From Gaiellales bacterium (GTDB lineage: Bacteria; Actinomycetota; Thermoleophilia; Gaiellales; JALYLC01), in assembly GCA_035696365.1 (NCBI GenBank), contig DASRQS010000046.1, forward strand, positions 29,324 through 53,323: a stretch of DNA of 24,000 bases. Reading direction: 5' to 3'. The notes under the pieces were generated by a model, which had not been told where the DNA came from, ran no database searches, and saw only the letters and a program-made list of their open reading frames with translations. The translations under genes and the position numbers were made by a program. Below are positions 21,886 through 24,000 of this stretch, piece by piece. Each line of letters begins with the position of its first letter. Positions within the stretch are counted from its first letter, which is position 1.

Positions 21886-21963
21886 GATGATCGCTTCGAA
21901 CCGCTGACTCGGGCAGGCGCTAGCATCGTGCTGGATCTCATAGGCCATCGGGGAGCAAGCGCC

Positions 21964-22401
21964 ATGCACGCAGAGAGCACCGCAACGACGTCCTGGCAGG
22001 GAACGCTCGCCCGCGGATCGGGCACGACGAGCCTTGCGAGCGGGGCCGCGACTCCTCTGAAAGTGAGCTGGGGAGCGCGCGCCGAGCGCACCGCCGGGGC
22101 AACGAGTCCCGAGGAGCTGATCGCGGCCGCGCACGCGAGTTGCTACGCGATGGCGTTCTCGGCCGCGCTCGCCGAGGCCGGTGCGACACCGGAGCAGCTG
22201 GACGTCTCGGTCACGGTCACGTTCGAGCTCGTCGACGGGGCGCCCACCATCACGCGCAGCGCGCTGACGGTGCGCGGCCGCGTGAGCGGCATCGACGCGG
22301 CCGGCTTCGCGGAGGCCGCCGCGGGCGCCAAGGCGGGCTGCCCCGTCTCACGCGCGTTGCATGGGAACGTCGAGATCACGCTCGACGCAGCGCTGGCGTA
22401 G
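21964..22401 (+). CDS. osmC: OsmC-family peroxiredoxin (organic hydroperoxide reductase-like)
   Basis: This is track ORF 21460..22401 trimmed to ATG 21964 (MHAESTATTSWQGTLARGSG...). The upstream part of that ORF is antisense to the DUF349 repeats. OsmC hallmarks are TSPEELIAAAHASCYAMAF (first Cys) and AKAGCPVSRAL (second Cys). GGGGAG at 21950-21955 could serve as a Shine-Dalgarno sequence. Confidence 0.85.
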   Translation: MHAESTATTSWQGTLARGSGTTSLASGAATPLKVSWGARAERTAGATSPEELIAAAHASCYAMAFSAALAEAGATPEQLDVSVTVTFELVDGAPTITRSALTVRGRVSGIDAAGFAEAAAGAKAGCPVSRALHGNVEITLDAALA

Positions 22402-22415
22402 CCCACGAGGGGGCG

Positions 22416-22772
22416 TCACTCGGCGCGCAGGGTCCAGCGGCGCGTCAGCGCCTGGATCGCGCGCCAGTGGCGGCGGCGCACCATCGGCCGGAAGATCGTG
22501 AACCACGTCATCATGCCCGCGGGGATGAGGAGCAGCAGCGTGATCGGCTTGCCGAACACCGCGACCCCGAGGCAGACGAGCCCGAAGCCGCCGATGCCGA
22601 CCCAGCCCAGGCGCCGGTAGCGGCGATCGAGCGCCTTGATCGCCTCGTAGTCGGCGGCCGGGACCTGCGCAGTCGACCACGACTTCCCGCACTCGCAGGT
22701 GTACGACTCGCCGTAGGCGAGCTTGCGCTGCTCGCCGCAGTCGCACGTGATCGTGATTCTCGGTGCAGGCAC
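22416..22772 (-). CDS. Small membrane protein with N-terminal zinc-ribbon-like CxC...CxC motif
   Basis: 118 aa with a GTG start at 22772. The N-terminus ITCDCGEQRKLAYGESYTCECGKSW has four Cys in two CxC pairs. Two hydrophobic helices follow (LGWVGIGGFGLVCLGVAVFG and ITLLLLIPAGMMTWFTIF), then a basic tail. Third-position G/C bias supports coding. Confidence 0.6.
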   Translation of the reverse strand: MPAPRITITCDCGEQRKLAYGESYTCECGKSWSTAQVPAADYEAIKALDRRYRRLGWVGIGGFGLVCLGVAVFGKPITLLLLIPAGMMTWFTIFRPMVRRRHWRAIQALTRRWTLRAE

Positions 22773-22786
22773 AGTGATTGCATCCT

Positions 22787-22822
22787 GACAGGCCGGCGGG
22801 AACTCAGCCCCGCCGGCCTGTC
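22787..22822 (-). terminator. Stem-loop downstream of the APC permease gene (intrinsic-terminator-like, no U-tract)
   Basis: gacaggccggcggg (22787-22800) pairs with cccgccggcctgtc (22809-22822), a perfect 14-bp GC-rich stem with an 8-nt loop. It lies 12 nt past the permease stop (22834-22836) in the direction of transcription. Confidence 0.5.
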
Positions 22823-22833
22823 GGAACGGGGTG

Positions 22834-24000
22834 TCAGCTCGGCGTGCCGGCCTGCTCCTCTGCGGGCGTCGAAGGGGCCGGGAGTCTCCAGCGCAACGGC
22901 GCCTTGTCCTCGACCACGACGCGGTAGATGTAGAGCGCGATCGCGACCACGAGCACGATCAGGCCCCACACGAAGACCTGGCTGCCGCCGGCATAGCCCG
23001 TCAGGTTGAACGAGATCGAGCCCACGACGAGATAGACGATGTCGAGCACGAGGCAGAGCACCGCGAGCCAGGTCCAGATCGGGCCGAGCCTGATCGGTCT
23101 CGGCCAGCCCGGCCGGTCCTTCCGCAACAGGAGGAAGCCCGAGATCGCGAAGATGTGCGCGATCACGTAGCCGAAGTTCGAGACGGCCAGGATCTTGAGG
23201 TAGCCGCCTCCTGCGAGCGCCCCGATTGCGATGAACAGCAGCACCATATTGAGCAGCGCGTCGAGCGTCATCGCGTTCCCTGGCACGTTGTTGCGGTTGA
23301 GCTTGCCCAGCCAGCGGATGGTCATGCCGTCCTGGGATATGCCGTAGAGCGCTCGTGACCCGTCCATCGTCGCCGTGTTCATCGAGAGCACGATGCCCGC
23401 GCAGAGCATGATCACGAGGATGTCGGCCATGGTGCCGCCGAGCAGAATCGAGAACGTGTCGCCGTAGAAGGTCAGCGTGTTGTTGATCGTGATGTTCTGG
23501 TCGCCGAAGGTGCCGAGGGCGCCGATCGGGAGCAGGGCGTACACGAAGACCCCGAACACGGCAGCGGCGCGCAGCGCCTTGGCCGTGTCGCGCTCCGGGT
23601 CGTGGTACTCGGGAGCGAACGAGGCACAGCACTCGAAGCCGTAGGACGACCAGCACATCAGGTAGAGCCAGGTGATGACGAGCCGCCAGCCGTTGTTGTA
23701 GATCAGCGAGTTGCCCGACCCCTTGGTCTCGTAGGTGCCGAAGTTGCCCCAGTCGATGAGGTTGTGCAGGTTGCTGGAGCTCCAGTCGCCCGTGATGTAC
23801 GGCAGGAAGATGAGCACGGCGAGCGGCACGAGCAGCAGCGCGCCGGTGATGTAGCCGACCCACACCGCGGGTCGTACGCCGAAGACGTTCGCGATCCAGA
23901 TGATCGCGATCAGGATGATGCCGACGAAGATCGGGAACGTGAAGTCGAAGTTGATGCCGAAGATCACCGATGAGTGGTGTATCCAGCTCGAGCCGGCAGC
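22834..24000 (-). CDS. APC-superfamily permease, partial (N-terminus beyond the window end)
   Basis: The track ORF 22834..23967 frame remains open upstream to 24000 (AAGSSWIHHSSVIFGINF...), so the listed GTG is internal. The protein is highly hydrophobic and multi-pass (FVGIILIAIIWIANVFG, LLLVPLAVLIFLPY, IVLVVAIALYIY). About 390 codons are present, against about 480-520 typical for the family. Confidence 0.8.
   Translation of the reverse strand, partial: AAGSSWIHHSSVIFGINFDFTFPIFVGIILIAIIWIANVFGVRPAVWVGYITGALLLVPLAVLIFLPYITGDWSSSNLHNLIDWGNFGTYETKGSGNSLIYNNGWRLVITWLYLMCWSSYGFECCASFAPEYHDPERDTAKALRAAAVFGVFVYALLPIGALGTFGDQNITINNTLTFYGDTFSILLGGTMADILVIMLCAGIVLSMNTATMDGSRALYGISQDGMTIRWLGKLNRNNVPGNAMTLDALLNMVLLFIAIGALAGGGYLKILAVSNFGYVIAHIFAISGFLLLRKDRPGWPRPIRLGPIWTWLAVLCLVLDIVYLVVGSISFNLTGYAGGSQVFVWGLIVLVVAIALYIYRVVVEDKAPLRWRLPAPSTPAEEQAGTPS

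Noticed and set aside
1-24000. Search for mobile-element, defence-system or RNA-gene hallmarks: transposase, integrase, reverse transcriptase, restriction/helicase/nuclease clusters, tRNA, rRNA, long terminal inverted repeats
   Set aside because: None were found by eye. All sizeable ORFs with coding-like composition are accounted for by metabolic, transport, regulatory or hypothetical genes, and the intergenic regions are too short for structured RNA genes of tRNA size. The RelE-like C-terminal domain at 18545-20146 is the only toxin-like element, and it is reported as a finding rather than as a toxin-antitoxin system.

Overview
This is a very GC-rich, densely coding chromosomal window. Codon third positions are strongly G/C-biased, and the gene content and leaderless-looking starts suggest a high-GC Actinomycetota-like organism. 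I support about 21 protein-coding genes and no tRNA, rRNA, CRISPR array, transposase, integrase or recognisable defence gene. In order, the genes are:
- a partial MBL-fold hydrolase (-)
- a translationally coupled cupin and flavin amine oxidase
- an enolase-superfamily enzyme (-)
- a PotD/PotB/PotC/PotA-type polyamine ABC importer
- a QueF-like nitrile reductase (-), set back-to-back 18 bp from a nucleoside 2-deoxyribosyltransferase-like gene that is start/stop-overlapped with a sarcosine-oxidase-family flavoenzyme, followed by an APC permease
- an M20 (ArgE/DapE-type) peptidase (-)
- a BBE/VAO-type FAD oxidase
- a TPR-LuxR regulator
- a 955-codon tri-domain fusion (APH/hydroxylysine-kinase-like kinase, M23-like domain, class-III PLP enzyme)
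- an orphan 533-aa protein with tandem S1/OB-like domains, a coiled coil and a RelE/ParE-like C-terminus
- a DUF349 protein (-) with a long 15-bp tandem-repeat acidic N-terminus
- OsmC
- a small zinc-ribbon membrane protein (-)
- a second APC permease (-), partial at the window edge

Many very long ORFs in the supplied track are antisense or out-of-frame shadows typical of high-GC DNA, and I rejected them. The most interesting items are:
- the kinase-M23-aminotransferase fusion and its LuxR-linked neighbourhood
- the S1/RelE-like orphan protein
- the QueF-like / NDT-like / MSOX-like / permease cluster, where the QueF-like protein has Cys at the position I recall as a catalytic His
- a dispersed bipartite palindromic repeat family with identical 19-mer and 15-mer blocks in different intergenic regions
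- a recurrent TAnnnT hexamer 6-8 nt upstream of start codons, suggesting leaderless transcripts

Nothing here can be called a novel system with confidence from sequence alone. All functional calls are motif-level readings made by eye.
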